A stretch of DNA of 64,000 nt. It comes from Candidatus Methylomirabilales bacterium (GTDB lineage: Bacteria; Methylomirabilota; Methylomirabilia; Methylomirabilales; CSP1-5). Shown piece after piece: positions 27,929 through 39,425 of this stretch. Position numbers and translations under genes: made by a program. How positions within the stretch are numbered: the first letter of the stretch is position 1; each line of letters opens with the position of its first letter. The notes under the pieces are model-generated. The model did no database searches and had not been told where the DNA came from. It worked only from the letters and a program-made list of their open reading frames with translations. The stretch spans positions 32,001 through 96,000 of the forward strand of contig JBHIAH010000002.1 in the NCBI GenBank assembly GCA_046758505.1, written 5' to 3'.

Positions 27929-28075
27929 GCTGGGAAGCTAGGAGGCTAGGATGCGAGGAGGCTGGAACGCAAAAAGGCGGGAAGGATTCAATGAAGAGAA
28001 GCTGCGACTTTGGAATGCTGAGAAGCTCTTTTGGATGTACGGCCTTCCAGCTTCCTAGCGTCCCAGCATCCTCGC
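27929..28075. repeat. Inverted arrays of octamer repeats
   Basis: GCTGGGAA GCTAGGAG GCTAGGAT GCGAGGAG GCTGGAAC (27929-27968) versus CTTCCAGC TTCCTAGC GTCCCAGC ATCCTCGC (28044-28075). Confidence 0.75.
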
Positions 28076-28083
28076 AGGATCGG

Positions 28084-28161
28084 TGGCGGGGCCGACGGGA
28101 CTTGAACCCGCGATCTCCGGCTTGACAGGCCGGCGTGTTAACCAGGCTACACCACGGCCCC
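28084..28161 (-). tRNA. tRNA-Asp(GUC)
   Basis: Cloverleaf with acceptor GGGGCCG/CGGCCCC, anticodon arm CCGGC-CTGTCAA-GCCGG, T loop TTCAAGT and encoded CCA. Confidence 0.97.
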
Positions 28162-28186
28162 GCAACTCTCTATTATAGATGAATCC

Positions 28187-28249
28187 GAACCCGCGATCTT
28201 CCCGATTGCCCATCGGGACGGGGTCACCAGGCTACACCACGGCCCCGCA
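28187..28249 (-). pseudogene. Degenerate partial copy of tRNA-Asp
   Basis: 24-nt identity 28226-28249 vs 28141-28164 and 13-nt identity 28187-28199 vs 28104-28116. The anticodon arm is replaced and the 3' acceptor strand is absent. Confidence 0.75.
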
Positions 28250-28267
28250 GAAGGGAACGACTGTAAA

Positions 28268-28296
28268 TCTATAGCGCACCTGGCGAGGGAAGTCAA
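28268..28296 (-). promoter_or_regulatory. Sigma70 promoter for the tRNA-Asp locus
   Basis: TTGACT-17-TATAGA, with the -35 overlapping the treT stop codon. Confidence 0.45.
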
Positions 28297-29525
28297 CTAA
28301 AGGGAAGGATCTCCATCTCCGGCGATCCCCCCGTCAGCGCCGCCATCAGCGTCAGATAGTCCGTCAGGTGGCGGGTGATGAGGAAATTGCGCCGGACGTG
28401 TTCCTTGGCGTCCGCGCCCATCTTTCGAGCGACCTTCGGGTTGTTCAGGAGATACCGGATCCGGAATGCCGCTCCCTCCACCGAACTCACGGTGTAGCCG
28501 GTCAGATAGTAGAGGATCTGGACGGTGATGCCCCCGGCGTCACCCCCAATGACCGGCTTTCCCTTCCACATGGCCTCGGAGACCGTCAGGCCGAACCCCT
28601 CCTTGATCGACTTCTGAAGGATAATGCTGGCCGCCCGCTGCAGGGCGTTGATCTCGAGATTCGCATCCGGCGGGAGCTCCAGGATGTGGATGTCCGGGTC
28701 CTGGCCGGCGACCTCCGTCACCTCTTCCACGACCGCCCTCCCTTCCGGGTCATCGGCCGCCCGGCTTCCTGCCAGTACTAGACGACAATCATTGTGCTTC
28801 TTGACGATCCGGTAGGCCTGGATCACCCCCACGGGGTCTTTGAAGTGGTCAAAACGGGAGACCTGCACCAGGATCGGCTTATCCTGGGGAACGCCCAACG
28901 TATTCAGGATCTTGGTCACCTCCCGTCGGCTGAGCTCCCGGTTCTTGTCGCTCAACGGATCGATCGAGGGATAGACGAGAAACTGGGGGATGGAAAGCTT
29001 CTGGGCAAAGGTGGGCAGGGAGAAGATGGCCGCGTCGTACTTCACCACGTAGTTTCTCAGGAAGCGCCACACCCGGCGCGCCGGGTGAGAGATGTCCAGA
29101 TGACACCGCCAGACCCATTTCCCCACGCGCGGGCCATAGTCGATGAGGGCGGCCGGCTGGGGATCGTGGACCAAGATCATGTCGGCATCAAAAAGCAGCC
29201 GCTTGGCGTTCTCGCGATTACACTCGAGATACGCGCGGTACAACCGTTCGCTGATCTCCCGTTCCCGGCCCTGGAGGGCGTTGTGAAAAGCCTTGGTCAC
29301 CGCGAAGAATTCGTCGCTTCCCTGGATAACCTCCCACGTGGCCTTGACCCCAAGTTCGTTGAGCAGGGGGACGAGACGGTTCAGCATCTCGGCCACACCA
29401 CCGCCGAACCGGGTCGAGTTGATATTGAGGAGACTCCTCCCCTTCACCTTTTCGCTCAGGCGATAGAGAAGATCCACCGACCCCGGGGGGGCAACCTCCC
29501 GATAATCCTCAAGGCGAATCGACAC
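28293..29525 (-). CDS. treT: Trehalose synthase, glycosyltransferring (GT4)
   Basis: NSTRFGGGVAE, HDPQP, WRCHLD, QVSRFDHFKDP and EGFGLTVSEAMWKGKPVIG motifs. Confidence 0.9.
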   Translation of the reverse strand: MSIRLEDYREVAPPGSVDLLYRLSEKVKGRSLLNINSTRFGGGVAEMLNRLVPLLNELGVKATWEVIQGSDEFFAVTKAFHNALQGREREISERLYRAYLECNRENAKRLLFDADMILVHDPQPAALIDYGPRVGKWVWRCHLDISHPARRVWRFLRNYVVKYDAAIFSLPTFAQKLSIPQFLVYPSIDPLSDKNRELSRREVTKILNTLGVPQDKPILVQVSRFDHFKDPVGVIQAYRIVKKHNDCRLVLAGSRAADDPEGRAVVEEVTEVAGQDPDIHILELPPDANLEINALQRAASIILQKSIKEGFGLTVSEAMWKGKPVIGGDAGGITVQILYYLTGYTVSSVEGAAFRIRYLLNNPKVARKMGADAKEHVRRNFLITRHLTDYLTLMAALTGGSPEMEILPFS

Positions 29526-30195
29526 CGCTCTCCCCTCCCTCGATCAGGAACGTATCGCAAATCTCCACGAGACGGTCCCGGAGTTGTTCCAGGCTGAACA
29601 TGTATGGGTCAATGGTTCGGAGGCATTGGGCCAGCTCCACCATCTGCAATTCCCGCTCGATCCAGATGGGGAAATCTCCTTCCCGACCGTTCCGCCGGAT
29701 CCGCGCCGCGTAGAAGTGGTAGTAGATGGCACTGGCGTCCACCTTGGAGAGTCCGTCCCGAAATTCCTGAAGCGTCTGCGCGATGATCCCGGTGGGAATC
29801 TCTACAATGCGAGACTGCATGAAGTAAAAGGGCTTTCCATCTTCGACCCGGGGGACAAAACTTAATGTGGCAAGGTGATCTTCAATGACGGCGACGAGGG
29901 CGTCACGCAGATCGTCCAGCGTGTTGAAGTCGTACGGATCGATGACCCCCAGCCGTTCCCCCAGTACTCGATCGCGAACCTGCGTGGCCGCCCAGGTCGC
30001 AAAATCGTTGGGGTAGGGGGCTGCGAGGTACTGATGTCGGAGGAAGTACTGATGCGTATGATAGTAAATGGAGTCGATGGGCACCTCCTCCAAGAGATCC
30101 ATGAGCTGGAGCTCATCCTCCGCCTTTGTCCCCAGGATCTCCCGGAGCTCCGTGCACCCGACGAATTCAAAGGGGAACCCGACGATCTTATGCAT
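29509..30195 (-). CDS. DUF5752-like TreT-associated protein
   Basis: Internal duplication SIYYHTH...NDFATW / AIYYHFY...DFPIWI; overlaps the treT start. Confidence 0.75.
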   Translation of the reverse strand: MHKIVGFPFEFVGCTELREILGTKAEDELQLMDLLEEVPIDSIYYHTHQYFLRHQYLAAPYPNDFATWAATQVRDRVLGERLGVIDPYDFNTLDDLRDALVAVIEDHLATLSFVPRVEDGKPFYFMQSRIVEIPTGIIAQTLQEFRDGLSKVDASAIYYHFYAARIRRNGREGDFPIWIERELQMVELAQCLRTIDPYMFSLEQLRDRLVEICDTFLIEGGESGVDSP

Positions 30196-30429
30196 GGGAG
30201 ACGCTCACGTTCGGTGTCCCTCCACTCCCCAAGGAATGCAACTGTCCACCAAGGTCAGATGGTACAGCAATACCTTCTACACCACTATCATTTGAAAGTC
30301 CACTGTCTCGGAATCCCGCAGCCATCAGGGGCACATCCTTCCTCCAGAGTGGAACGCGCGCTCGCCTCGGTCCCATCGTCCTCCGCTCGCCAGCCATGGC
30401 ACCTTTCGCCCACCACTCCTGCCGGCACC

Positions 30430-32427
30430 TTAGAGAGAGTCCTCAGAGTCCCGTTCCTTGCGGATCCGGCGCCGTACGCCGAACACATGAGCCGGAACGT
30501 TCTGCGGATTGAGCTCGACGTAATTGCGCGGGCCGTGCCAGAGGTAGCGGGCGTCGTTGATCAGATCATGCACTTGGTAGGGATGTTCGTGATCGAGCCC
30601 CAGCGCGTCGAGGTCAACCTCTACCCAGCCCGTATGCGTCTGATGGGGGCTCAGATTGACCACGACCAGGATCATGTTCGCCCGATCTTCCGTACTCTTG
30701 CTGTAACAGAGAAGCTGGTCGTTGTCCACGGAATGAAAACGCAGACCGCCATTGCTGTGCAGTGCAGGGTTTTCCCGACGAATCCGGTTCACCCGGGCGA
30801 TCAATTCGCGCAGGCTGTCCGGTCGGGAGATGTCCCAGTATTTGATTTCGTACTTTTCCGAGTTGAGATATTCTTCGCCCCCGGGCTCCCGGGGCCGGTT
30901 CTCGCAGAGTTCAAAGGCGGGACCGTAGATTCCGTAACTCGCCGCCAGGGTGGCCGCCAAGACCAGCCGCGTCATGAAGGCCGGCCGCCCTCCGGACTGC
31001 AGATACTCGGGCAAGATATCGGGTGTATTCGGCCACAGACTGGGCCGGAAATACTCTCGCACGTCTGTCTGGGTGAGCTCGGTGAAGTATTCGGAGAGTT
31101 CCCACTTGGTGTTGCGCCACGCGAAATACGTATACGACTGGGTGAAGCCAAGCTTGGCGAGTTCGTACATCACCTTCGGGCGGGTGAAAGCCTCGGCGAG
31201 AAAGATCACGTCGGGATGGTCCGCCTTGATCCCGTCGATCAGCCACTGCCAAAAGGCAAAGGGCTTGGTGTGGGGATTGTCCACCCGGAAGATCCGCACA
31301 CCCTCGTCGATCCAGAAGTAAAAGATGCTCCTGAGTTCCTCCCAAAATTCGCGCCACGCTTCGGTCTCAAATTCGAAGGGGTAGATGTCCTCGTACTTTT
31401 TGGGCGGGTTCTCCGCGTACTGGACGGTGCCATCGGGGCGCCACCGGAACCACTCCGGATGCTCCTTCACATAGGGATGATCGGGTGAACACTGGAAGGC
31501 GATGTCTAATGCGATCTCGAGACCGTAGTCGCGAGCCTTTGCAAGGAACCGTCGGAAATCCTCCCGAGTCCCGAGCTGGGGATGAATCGCCTTGTGCCCG
31601 CCCTCCTCGGCGCCGATGCCCCAGGGGCTCCCCGGATCATCGGGCTCGCAAATGGGAGAGTTATTCTTCCCCTTGCGGTGCGTGCGGCCGATGGGATGGA
31701 TGGGGGGGAAATAGAGCACGTCAAAGCCCATGTCTGCAATGTACGGCAACCGCTGCTCACAATCCCTGAAGGTCCCGTGGACGCCCGGCTTCGGACCACA
31801 AGAGCGGGGAAACATTTCGTACCAGGCACTGAACCGGGCCCGTTCCCGATCAACGACCACGACGAGCTCCTTGCCGTATCTGGTGGCCAGCCGCCTGTCG
31901 GGGTACAGCGCCATCAACTGGGCCAGATCCTCAGCCAGCGCCAGGCGGATCTTCTCGGATGGGTTCGACGGGAAGTCCGAACGCAGGGCCGTGGCTCTCT
32001 CCTTCAGCTTTGTGGCATCCGCCCCGGAAGCCCGCCCACTCGCCTCCTCGACCAAGTCGGCCCCCACCAGGAGGTCGACCTCCACCTCCTGGCCCGCCTC
32101 GACCTTCCTTCCCAGGTCCCGCCGCCAGGTTCTGAACCGATCGACCCAGGCTTCAAGGGTATACCGGTACCGCCCGAGCTCCGTCACACGAAACTCTGCG
32201 CGCCATCGGTCGTTCACCACGAACTCAAGGGGGACCTCACTCCAATTCTTAGCTGTCTCCCGGCGGTAGCGGAGTACGCCCGAGAGCGCGTCGAGCCCTT
32301 CAGCGAAAATATCCACCTCCACGACAACCTTTTCACCGACCGTCCGCTTGATGGGGAAACGCCCCCCATCAATCTCGGGCTTGACCCCCTCGATAATTAC
32401 CCGTCCGGGCCATTCGTCGACACGCAC
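30430..32427 (-). CDS. glgE: Alpha-1,4-glucan:maltose-1-phosphate maltosyltransferase
   Basis: WYEMFPRS, ENPPKKYEDI, FRVDNPHTKP and NTPDIL motifs. Confidence 0.95.
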   Translation of the reverse strand: MRVDEWPGRVIIEGVKPEIDGGRFPIKRTVGEKVVVEVDIFAEGLDALSGVLRYRRETAKNWSEVPLEFVVNDRWRAEFRVTELGRYRYTLEAWVDRFRTWRRDLGRKVEAGQEVEVDLLVGADLVEEASGRASGADATKLKERATALRSDFPSNPSEKIRLALAEDLAQLMALYPDRRLATRYGKELVVVVDRERARFSAWYEMFPRSCGPKPGVHGTFRDCEQRLPYIADMGFDVLYFPPIHPIGRTHRKGKNNSPICEPDDPGSPWGIGAEEGGHKAIHPQLGTREDFRRFLAKARDYGLEIALDIAFQCSPDHPYVKEHPEWFRWRPDGTVQYAENPPKKYEDIYPFEFETEAWREFWEELRSIFYFWIDEGVRIFRVDNPHTKPFAFWQWLIDGIKADHPDVIFLAEAFTRPKVMYELAKLGFTQSYTYFAWRNTKWELSEYFTELTQTDVREYFRPSLWPNTPDILPEYLQSGGRPAFMTRLVLAATLAASYGIYGPAFELCENRPREPGGEEYLNSEKYEIKYWDISRPDSLRELIARVNRIRRENPALHSNGGLRFHSVDNDQLLCYSKSTEDRANMILVVVNLSPHQTHTGWVEVDLDALGLDHEHPYQVHDLINDARYLWHGPRNYVELNPQNVPAHVFGVRRRIRKERDSEDSL

Positions 32428-32455
32428 CTACGCGACCCCCTCCTCTCTCAATGTT

Positions 32456-35365
32456 TCAGTGCCCTGGCGCGACATCACTCATTGTCCCCGAAATCAGGGC
32501 AAGCGGAAAATGTTGAAAGAGGCGGTGGAGGGGCAACGCCTTCCTCCCGGAACTCGAGGAGACGTGCAAGGTCTCGCCGGTCAGGATGTTCTGCCAACGC
32601 GCCGGCGCCTCGCGAGGTACCACGAGACACCCATTGCCCCACACCCGCCGTCCCAGGGGCGGTTTGCCATTTCCCACGAGCCTCGCAATGAGCCGGGGGA
32701 CAACTACCAAAGCCCACGCGCCCGCGTTCCGCCTCGCAAAGCTGCACACGTGTTCCTTTTTGTTGCCCAGAGCGTACAGGGGGAGGTAGTCTCCCTCCAG
32801 AAACAGCGCGCGGTGTTCCCGGCGAAAATCCAGCGCCCTGGCGGTGACAAAAAGTTTGATTCGGCCATCGTCCCAGCGCAGAAGTAACTCAGAGACCAAG
32901 GGCACGAGACCCTCGGCTTCTCGGCGCTTGAGATCCTCGAGCAGTCGGATTCGTTTCGTGAAATCGACGGGGCGACGGTTGTCGGGATCGACGAGACTGA
33001 AGTCCCAGAGTCCCGTGCCCTGATAAAAATCAGGGACGCCCGGCGACGTGATTTTGAGGAGCACCTGTGCCACGGCATTCAAGGCACCGTGGAAGGCGAT
33101 CCGTTTCTGGAACTGTACAAAGTCCAAGAGGAATCTGTTCTGACGCGACGTCCTCAAGATCGACTGCACAAAGGCGACGAGGGCGCGCTCATGAGCTGGG
33201 TCAGAATCGATCCAGCTCGTGTAGACTTTTGCCTCTCTCGCTGCCTTGATCATGAAAGCCTCGAGCCGCTTCTTGAACGCGGGTACCTCATCCGCCCGGA
33301 AGGGCCACGCCCCGACGAGCGTCTGGTACAGAAGCATTTCCTCGTTGAGATCCGGGACAGATCGTCCGTTGACCTTTCGTTTGTTCGCCCGATTCCACCG
33401 GTTCCAGCGGGTTACGCACTGCGCCCACACTTGGGGAAGCTCAGAGAGGACATTGATTCGCGCCCGAACATCTTCGCTCCGCTTGGTGTCGTGCGTGGAC
33501 GTCGCGTTCAGGGTATACGGCCAGTCCGCCCGGGTGGCACGGTTATGACGGTGAAAGTCCTTCACAGATACATGCTGAGCCCCAGGATCGCCCCCCACTT
33601 CGTTCAGGGAGATCAGCCGGTTGTACGTATAGAGGGAGGTATCCTCGAGCCCCTTGGCCATAATCGGGCCCGTGAACTGCTGCCATCGCCTCACAAAGCA
33701 AAGCCAAGCCTCTCTCTGTTCTGCGGCGAGGGAAGGCGGAAAATCGAGGAGGAAGACCCGACGCAGAAAGTCGAAGACGGGCGTGCCGAGAGCCGCATTC
33801 CGTCGCATGGCCTCCTCCGCAGCCCGTGTGATGACCGTGCGGTCCTGCGGAGGCACCTCGTGACCGCGAATATAGGTCCGGTAGACAGGGAGGCACGCGG
33901 TGACCTCCACGAGGCCTTGCAAAAGGGTCTGCCGCGGGAGGTCGCGCGCGTGCCGATCCTGCCCGGCCAGGCGGGAGAGGGAGTGGCCGAGGGTTCGCAT
34001 CTCCCCCGGAAACAACGCCTCCATAATCCACTTCTTCTGCCGATAGACGATATCTGGAAAGCCCATCCGGGACCCGGTAAAACGCGTGTAATACGCGTCG
34101 AGCGGCTTGATCCCGACCGGGTCCACGGAAACCCCATTCACGCGAATGGCAAACTCATAGCCCGTGGTGCCACACACCGGCCAATCCTTGGGTAGTGTTT
34201 CATCTCCGATGAGGATCTTTTCGACCAGGACATAAAAGCTCGGGGACGCTCCCTGCTCACTTGCCTCCGGGGCCAGACGGCCCTGGAGACGATGGAGATA
34301 CCCTGGGGGGTCGTACAACCCGTCAATATGATCAGTCCGCAAGCCGGTCACCTTCCGATCCTTGACCAGCTCGAAGATCAACCTGTGCGTGGCCTTGAAT
34401 ACCTGCATGTCCTCGACCCGAACACTGACCAGGTCACTAATGTCGAAAAACCGCCTGTAGTTCATGCACTCCCTGGCGGTTCGCCAAAAACCAAGCCGGT
34501 AGGCCTGCTGGGCCAAGAGTTGGTCCAGGAGATCAAAGCTGTGGGGAGAGCCCCTCTCGCCGTTGAAAATCCTCACATTTTCATCGAGAAAGGTTTTGAT
34601 CTCGGGATACGTCAGGTACAGGTGCCAAAGCCGGTGCTTGATACGCTCCCGCTCCCGCTCCGTCTCCCCCGTCACGCGATCGCCCACGGTGCCCACCGGC
34701 AGCCGCTGGATCGCGTCGAGGAGATCAACCAGCGCGCGAAAGGCCAAGTGGGCCATCCCGAGCGTCTCCTCCATGGTGTGCATGCGGTGCGCGAGAATAG
34801 ACCGATAGGACTTGAGCTGAATCGGCAATTTCACGTTGTAGTAGCGAACATGAAACCCGCCCTCGTCGAGCCCCAAGACCAGCTCCTGCTTTTCCAAGAC
34901 CTGGCCGTACGGGCCGCCGAGGAGGGGGAGGAGGACTTTATCCGCGAGTGGCCCGCTGTCTGGGTGCCAGTCAATGTCAAAGTAGCTCGCGTACCGGGAA
35001 CTCGGGCCGTTCTCCAGCACATCCGTCCACCACGGGTTTTCAGGACTGGCAGCCATATGATTGGGCTCGATGTCCAGGAGAAGCCCCATCCCGTGACGCC
35101 TGAGCTCTTCCGACAGCAGATCGAATTCTTCCCGTGTGCCCAGCTCGGGGTTGAGGCGGGTCGGGTCCGTCACATCATACCCATGCGTGCTCCCCCGACG
35201 GACCTGGAAAATCGGAGAGGCATAGAGATCCGTGATGCCAAGCATCAGAAGATACGGCACGAGCCGCCGGGCGTCCGCAAAGCCAAAGTCCTGGTTGAAC
35301 TGCAGCCGATACGTGGCGCCCGGAACCCGAAATGTGACCTTTCCACTGTCTCCCTGCACACCCAT
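32456..35365 (-). CDS. treY: Maltooligosyl trehalose synthase
   Basis: ATYRLQF, HGYDVTD, NYRRFFD, DHIDGL and STHDTKRSED motifs. Confidence 0.95.
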   Translation of the reverse strand: MGVQGDSGKVTFRVPGATYRLQFNQDFGFADARRLVPYLLMLGITDLYASPIFQVRRGSTHGYDVTDPTRLNPELGTREEFDLLSEELRRHGMGLLLDIEPNHMAASPENPWWTDVLENGPSSRYASYFDIDWHPDSGPLADKVLLPLLGGPYGQVLEKQELVLGLDEGGFHVRYYNVKLPIQLKSYRSILAHRMHTMEETLGMAHLAFRALVDLLDAIQRLPVGTVGDRVTGETERERERIKHRLWHLYLTYPEIKTFLDENVRIFNGERGSPHSFDLLDQLLAQQAYRLGFWRTARECMNYRRFFDISDLVSVRVEDMQVFKATHRLIFELVKDRKVTGLRTDHIDGLYDPPGYLHRLQGRLAPEASEQGASPSFYVLVEKILIGDETLPKDWPVCGTTGYEFAIRVNGVSVDPVGIKPLDAYYTRFTGSRMGFPDIVYRQKKWIMEALFPGEMRTLGHSLSRLAGQDRHARDLPRQTLLQGLVEVTACLPVYRTYIRGHEVPPQDRTVITRAAEEAMRRNAALGTPVFDFLRRVFLLDFPPSLAAEQREAWLCFVRRWQQFTGPIMAKGLEDTSLYTYNRLISLNEVGGDPGAQHVSVKDFHRHNRATRADWPYTLNATSTHDTKRSEDVRARINVLSELPQVWAQCVTRWNRWNRANKRKVNGRSVPDLNEEMLLYQTLVGAWPFRADEVPAFKKRLEAFMIKAAREAKVYTSWIDSDPAHERALVAFVQSILRTSRQNRFLLDFVQFQKRIAFHGALNAVAQVLLKITSPGVPDFYQGTGLWDFSLVDPDNRRPVDFTKRIRLLEDLKRREAEGLVPLVSELLLRWDDGRIKLFVTARALDFRREHRALFLEGDYLPLYALGNKKEHVCSFARRNAGAWALVVVPRLIARLVGNGKPPLGRRVWGNGCLVVPREAPARWQNILTGETLHVSSSSGRKALPLHRLFQHFPLALISGTMSDVAPGH

Positions 35366-35368
35366 CCC

Positions 35369-37498
35369 TCAGTCGCCGACAAGGCGCAGCAACGCCACGG
35401 ATCGCCCCTGCAGGTCGTACGGCTGACCCCCACGCATCAGACGGTATCGTCGCCTTCCTACCGCATCCCGGGTGTCCAGGACCAGTTCCCACCGCAGTTT
35501 GGACCGCTGGATGGGAAGGACGAATACGATAGGTTCATGGTAGGCGTTGAGGAGGATCAGCAAGGTGTCATCGACGATGCGATTTCCCCGGGCATCAACC
35601 TCCTCGATGGCGTCCCCGGCAAGCCGGAGCCCCAAGCAACGGGTGTGGGAATTTTCCCAGTCCTCGTCGCCCATTTCCTTGCCATCGGGGCGGAACCAAG
35701 TCAGATCTTTGACCTCGGAGCCGCGGATCCTCCGCCCCTGGAAAAAGTTCCGACGCCGCAGGACCGGGTGCCGATGGTACAGCCGGATCAGGAGCCGAGT
35801 GAACTCGAGCAGCTCAAGCCGGGCTCGGTCTGGGCTCCAGTTTATCCAAGACGTCTCGTTGTCCTGACAATAGGCGTTGTTGTTCCCCTGCTGCGTACGC
35901 CCCATCTCGTCGCCAGCCAGGAGCATCGGAACACCCTGGGAAAGGAAGAGGGTTGCCAGCATGTTTCGTTTCTGCCGCTCTCGGAGGGCGAGGATCGCCG
36001 GATCATCTGTGGGCCCCTCCACGCCACAATTCCAGCTCAGGTTTTCGTCGGTGCCATCCCGGTTTCCCTCTCCGTTCGCCTCGTTATGTTTCCCGTTATA
36101 GCTCACCAGGTCGTGGAGGGTAAATCCATCATGGGCCGTCACAAAGTTGATGCTGGCATACGGCCGGCGGCCCCCATGATCGTAGAGATCGCTGCTTCCG
36201 GTCAGGCGGTAGGCCAGCTCACCGACCTGCCCCAGATCGCCCCTCCAGAAGCGTCTTACGTTATCGCGATATTTTCCATTCCATTCGGCCCACAGGACGG
36301 GAAAGTTGCCCACTTGGTAGCCCCCCTCGCCGAGGTCCCACGGCTCGGCGATCAGCTTCACCTGCGAGAGGATGGGGTCCTGGTGGATGATGTCGAAGAA
36401 CGCTGCCAACCGGTCCACCTCATGCAGTTCTCGCGCGAGGGCTGCGGCGAGATCGAAGCGAAACCCGTCCACGTGCATCTCCAGCACCCAGTACCGAAGG
36501 CTGTCCATAATCAGCTGGAGTACCCGTGGGTGGGTCATGTCCAAGGTATTCCCGCAACCGGTGTAGTCCATGTAGTAGCGGCGGGTGTCCCCCGCCAGGC
36601 GATAATAGGCTGCATTATCAATGCCGCGAAAGCAGAGGGTTGGTCCGAGATGGTTCCCCTCCCCCGTATGGTTGTACACTACATCGAGGATGACCTCGAT
36701 CCCCTCGCGGTGAAGCGTCTTGACCATGGTTTTAAACTCTGCCACCTGCTGGCCCAGAACCCCCGTGCTGGCATACCGCGCGCCGGGGGAGAAGAATCCG
36801 ATCGAGTTATAGCCCCAGTAGTTGGTAAGCCCCCGGTCCACAAGTTGTCGATCCGCCACGAACTGGTGCACCGGCAGCAGCTCCACCGCGGTGATCCCCA
36901 GCGACCGGAGATAGTCGAGGACCGGGGGGCAGGTGAGGCCAGCGTACGTCCCCTGCAGTTCCTTTGGGACGTTCGGGTGTTGGGCCGTAAACCCTTTTAC
37001 ATGCACTTCGTAGATGATTGTCTTGTGCCAGGGGATCCGCGGTGGCCGGTCCTCGCCCCAGGAGAAGGCCGGGTCGACCACCACGCACTTGGGAATGTCG
37101 GCGGCACTGTCTCGATTATCCCGAGAGCGATCCTCGGCCGGATCCCCGACACGGTATCCGAACAAAGCATCGCTCCAGTGGACGGTGCCGGCGATGGCTT
37201 TGGCATAGGGATCGATGAGGAGCTTAGCGGGATTGAATCGGTGGCCGGCCTCCGGCTCGTAGGGGCCATGCACCCGATACCCGTAGAGCTGCCCCGGGCG
37301 CGCCTCAGGAAGATAAACGTGCCAGACCTGATCGGTTTGCTCCTGCATCGGGATGCGGGCGATTTCCTGACCGCCGTCCGGCCTCCCGAACAGGCTCAGT
37401 TCCACCCCGGTGGCGTTCTCGGAAAAGAGGGTGAAGTTGACCCCGGCTCCGTCCCAGGTTGCCCCCAGCGGATAGGGATGTCCCGGCCACACCTTCAT
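35369..37498 (-). CDS. glgX: Glycogen debranching enzyme
   Basis: [28 protein letters not shown] and AHDGFTL motifs. Confidence 0.96.
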   Translation of the reverse strand: MKVWPGHPYPLGATWDGAGVNFTLFSENATGVELSLFGRPDGGQEIARIPMQEQTDQVWHVYLPEARPGQLYGYRVHGPYEPEAGHRFNPAKLLIDPYAKAIAGTVHWSDALFGYRVGDPAEDRSRDNRDSAADIPKCVVVDPAFSWGEDRPPRIPWHKTIIYEVHVKGFTAQHPNVPKELQGTYAGLTCPPVLDYLRSLGITAVELLPVHQFVADRQLVDRGLTNYWGYNSIGFFSPGARYASTGVLGQQVAEFKTMVKTLHREGIEVILDVVYNHTGEGNHLGPTLCFRGIDNAAYYRLAGDTRRYYMDYTGCGNTLDMTHPRVLQLIMDSLRYWVLEMHVDGFRFDLAAALARELHEVDRLAAFFDIIHQDPILSQVKLIAEPWDLGEGGYQVGNFPVLWAEWNGKYRDNVRRFWRGDLGQVGELAYRLTGSSDLYDHGGRRPYASINFVTAHDGFTLHDLVSYNGKHNEANGEGNRDGTDENLSWNCGVEGPTDDPAILALRERQKRNMLATLFLSQGVPMLLAGDEMGRTQQGNNNAYCQDNETSWINWSPDRARLELLEFTRLLIRLYHRHPVLRRRNFFQGRRIRGSEVKDLTWFRPDGKEMGDEDWENSHTRCLGLRLAGDAIEEVDARGNRIVDDTLLILLNAYHEPIVFVLPIQRSKLRWELVLDTRDAVGRRRYRLMRGGQPYDLQGRSVALLRLVGD

Positions 37499-37571
37499 GA
37501 CGGCCTCCTACCGATGCGACCCTTACCCTGCCCGTCCACCCTGGAAAAGGACAGGGAAAATCGAAGCGGAT

Positions 37572-39425
37572 CTAAGTCTCCGCCGTCCGGCCGAAAGCGA
37601 CAACGGCTTTCGGGTCAAGGATGAGGGTAACCTCTCCTTGCGAGTCAAGCTGCTCTGGTACCGTAGACCGACTCCCCTGCCACCGCTCGTCCGCCGCATC
37701 CAGCATTTTAGTCCACCGTCCCGGGGGGACCTGCAGGACGACCAAGGTGGAGGCATCGCCGAAGTGAAAAACGGTCAACGCCTCGTCGTCACCGTTCCAC
37801 CGACGCACGGACAACACCTTTGCGCGCTCGTCGACGGTGATCTCCATCCGCTCCGTACTTAAAAAGCTCAGGGCGAGATACGTCTTCCGAAGCCGGATCA
37901 GCTCTTTGTAATACTCGAACAGTCCGCGGTGTCGCCCGTCGTCGCGCAGCTTATGATCGAGTTTTGCCCTGAAGAACACCGCCTCATCTTGCGGGTCCGG
38001 TGGTTCGCCCTGCCAGGTAAAGGCCGCGAATTCCTCCCGCCGTCCGCGTCGAACAGCATCAAGCAATTCCGGATCCGAGTGGCTGACGAAGTACTGGAAA
38101 GGCGCCGTCTCGCCGTACTCCTCCCCCATGAACAGCAGGGGGATAAAGGGCGAGAGGATGACCACACCAGCGGCGAGCTTGAGTGTGTCAAAAGAGACGA
38201 GTTGACTCAGCCGCTCACCCAACATCCGATTCCCCACCTGATCGTGATTCTGCGCGCAGACCACGAATTTTTGCGCGGGGAAGGATTTGGAGGAATTCCC
38301 GTGCCGACGCCTGCGGTAGATTGAATACTGGCCCGAGTAGACGTAGCCTTCGGCAAAAGCCTTGGCCAGGTGCGCCAACGTCCCGAAGTCTCGGTAATAC
38401 CCGGCGTGTTCGCCCGTCAGGAGCGTGTGGAGAGCGTGGTGGAAGTCGTCGTTCCACTGGGCATCGAGACCATACCCGCCGAGCTCCCGTGACCGGATCA
38501 GCTTCGTGTCATTGAGATCGCTCTCCGCGATAAGGTATACGTGCCGACCGATCCGCTCGCCGAGCTCCTGAACCCGCACCGCCAATTCCTCCAGAAAGGG
38601 GCGAGCCGAGAAGTCCATAATGGCATGGAGCGCATCGAGTCGGAGGGCATCGATATGAAATTCCGTAATCCAGTACAGGGCATTTTCGATAAAGAATCGC
38701 CGCACCTCATCACTCCAGGGCCCATCGAAGTTGATGGCCGCCCCCCACGGGGTGCGATACCGCTCGGTAAAGTAGGGCCCGAAGTCCCACAGGGTATTTC
38801 CCTCCGGGCCCAGGTGGTTGTAGACCACGTCCAGGACTACGGCCAGCCCCCGCTGGTGACAGGCGCTGACCAAGCGGCGTAGACCGTCCGGGCCACCATA
38901 CGAGTCCTGTACGGCAAACGGAAAAACTCCGTCGTACCCCCAGTTCCGATTCCCCGGAAACTGAGCGACCGGCATTAGCTCAATGGCGGTCATGCCCACA
39001 TCCTCGAGCGCATCGAGGTGCGGGATGATGGCGTCAAATGTCCCTTCGGGCGTGAAGGTGCCGACGTGCAGCTCGTAGATAATGTAGTCTTCGAGCCGCA
39101 GCCCGAACCACTCCCGGTCCTCCCAGGGAAAATGGGGATCAACGACCCGAGAGGGACCGTGGACCCCCTGCGGTTGGAACCGCGACGCGGGGTCGGGTCG
39201 CTCCATCTTTTCGCCAAGGCGGTAGAGGTAGAGGCTCCCGGGCTCGACCCCTTCGAGAACGGCTTGATGATATCCGTAACCCTCCTGGTCTAAGGGGACG
39301 ATCCGCTCCCGGGGCGCCACGAGATGGACCCTGACCGTATCGGCCCACGGCGCCCAGACACGGAATTGGCACCGGCCCTCCCGGCAGCAGAGAGCACCCA
39401 GGCTCAGGGCGTTTTTCTGGCTCAT
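37572..39425 (-). CDS. treZ: Maltooligosyl trehalose trehalohydrolase
   Basis: [20 protein letters not shown] and QNHDQVGN motifs. Confidence 0.95.
   Translation of the reverse strand: MSQKNALSLGALCCREGRCQFRVWAPWADTVRVHLVAPRERIVPLDQEGYGYHQAVLEGVEPGSLYLYRLGEKMERPDPASRFQPQGVHGPSRVVDPHFPWEDREWFGLRLEDYIIYELHVGTFTPEGTFDAIIPHLDALEDVGMTAIELMPVAQFPGNRNWGYDGVFPFAVQDSYGGPDGLRRLVSACHQRGLAVVLDVVYNHLGPEGNTLWDFGPYFTERYRTPWGAAINFDGPWSDEVRRFFIENALYWITEFHIDALRLDALHAIMDFSARPFLEELAVRVQELGERIGRHVYLIAESDLNDTKLIRSRELGGYGLDAQWNDDFHHALHTLLTGEHAGYYRDFGTLAHLAKAFAEGYVYSGQYSIYRRRRHGNSSKSFPAQKFVVCAQNHDQVGNRMLGERLSQLVSFDTLKLAAGVVILSPFIPLLFMGEEYGETAPFQYFVSHSDPELLDAVRRGRREEFAAFTWQGEPPDPQDEAVFFRAKLDHKLRDDGRHRGLFEYYKELIRLRKTYLALSFLSTERMEITVDERAKVLSVRRWNGDDEALTVFHFGDASTLVVLQVPPGRWTKMLDAADERWQGSRSTVPEQLDSQGEVTLILDPKAVVAFGRTAET

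Noticed and set aside
30200..30300. Sigma54 promoter upstream of DUF5752/treT
   Set aside because: GG-to-GC spacing is 9 or 13 nt rather than the required 10.
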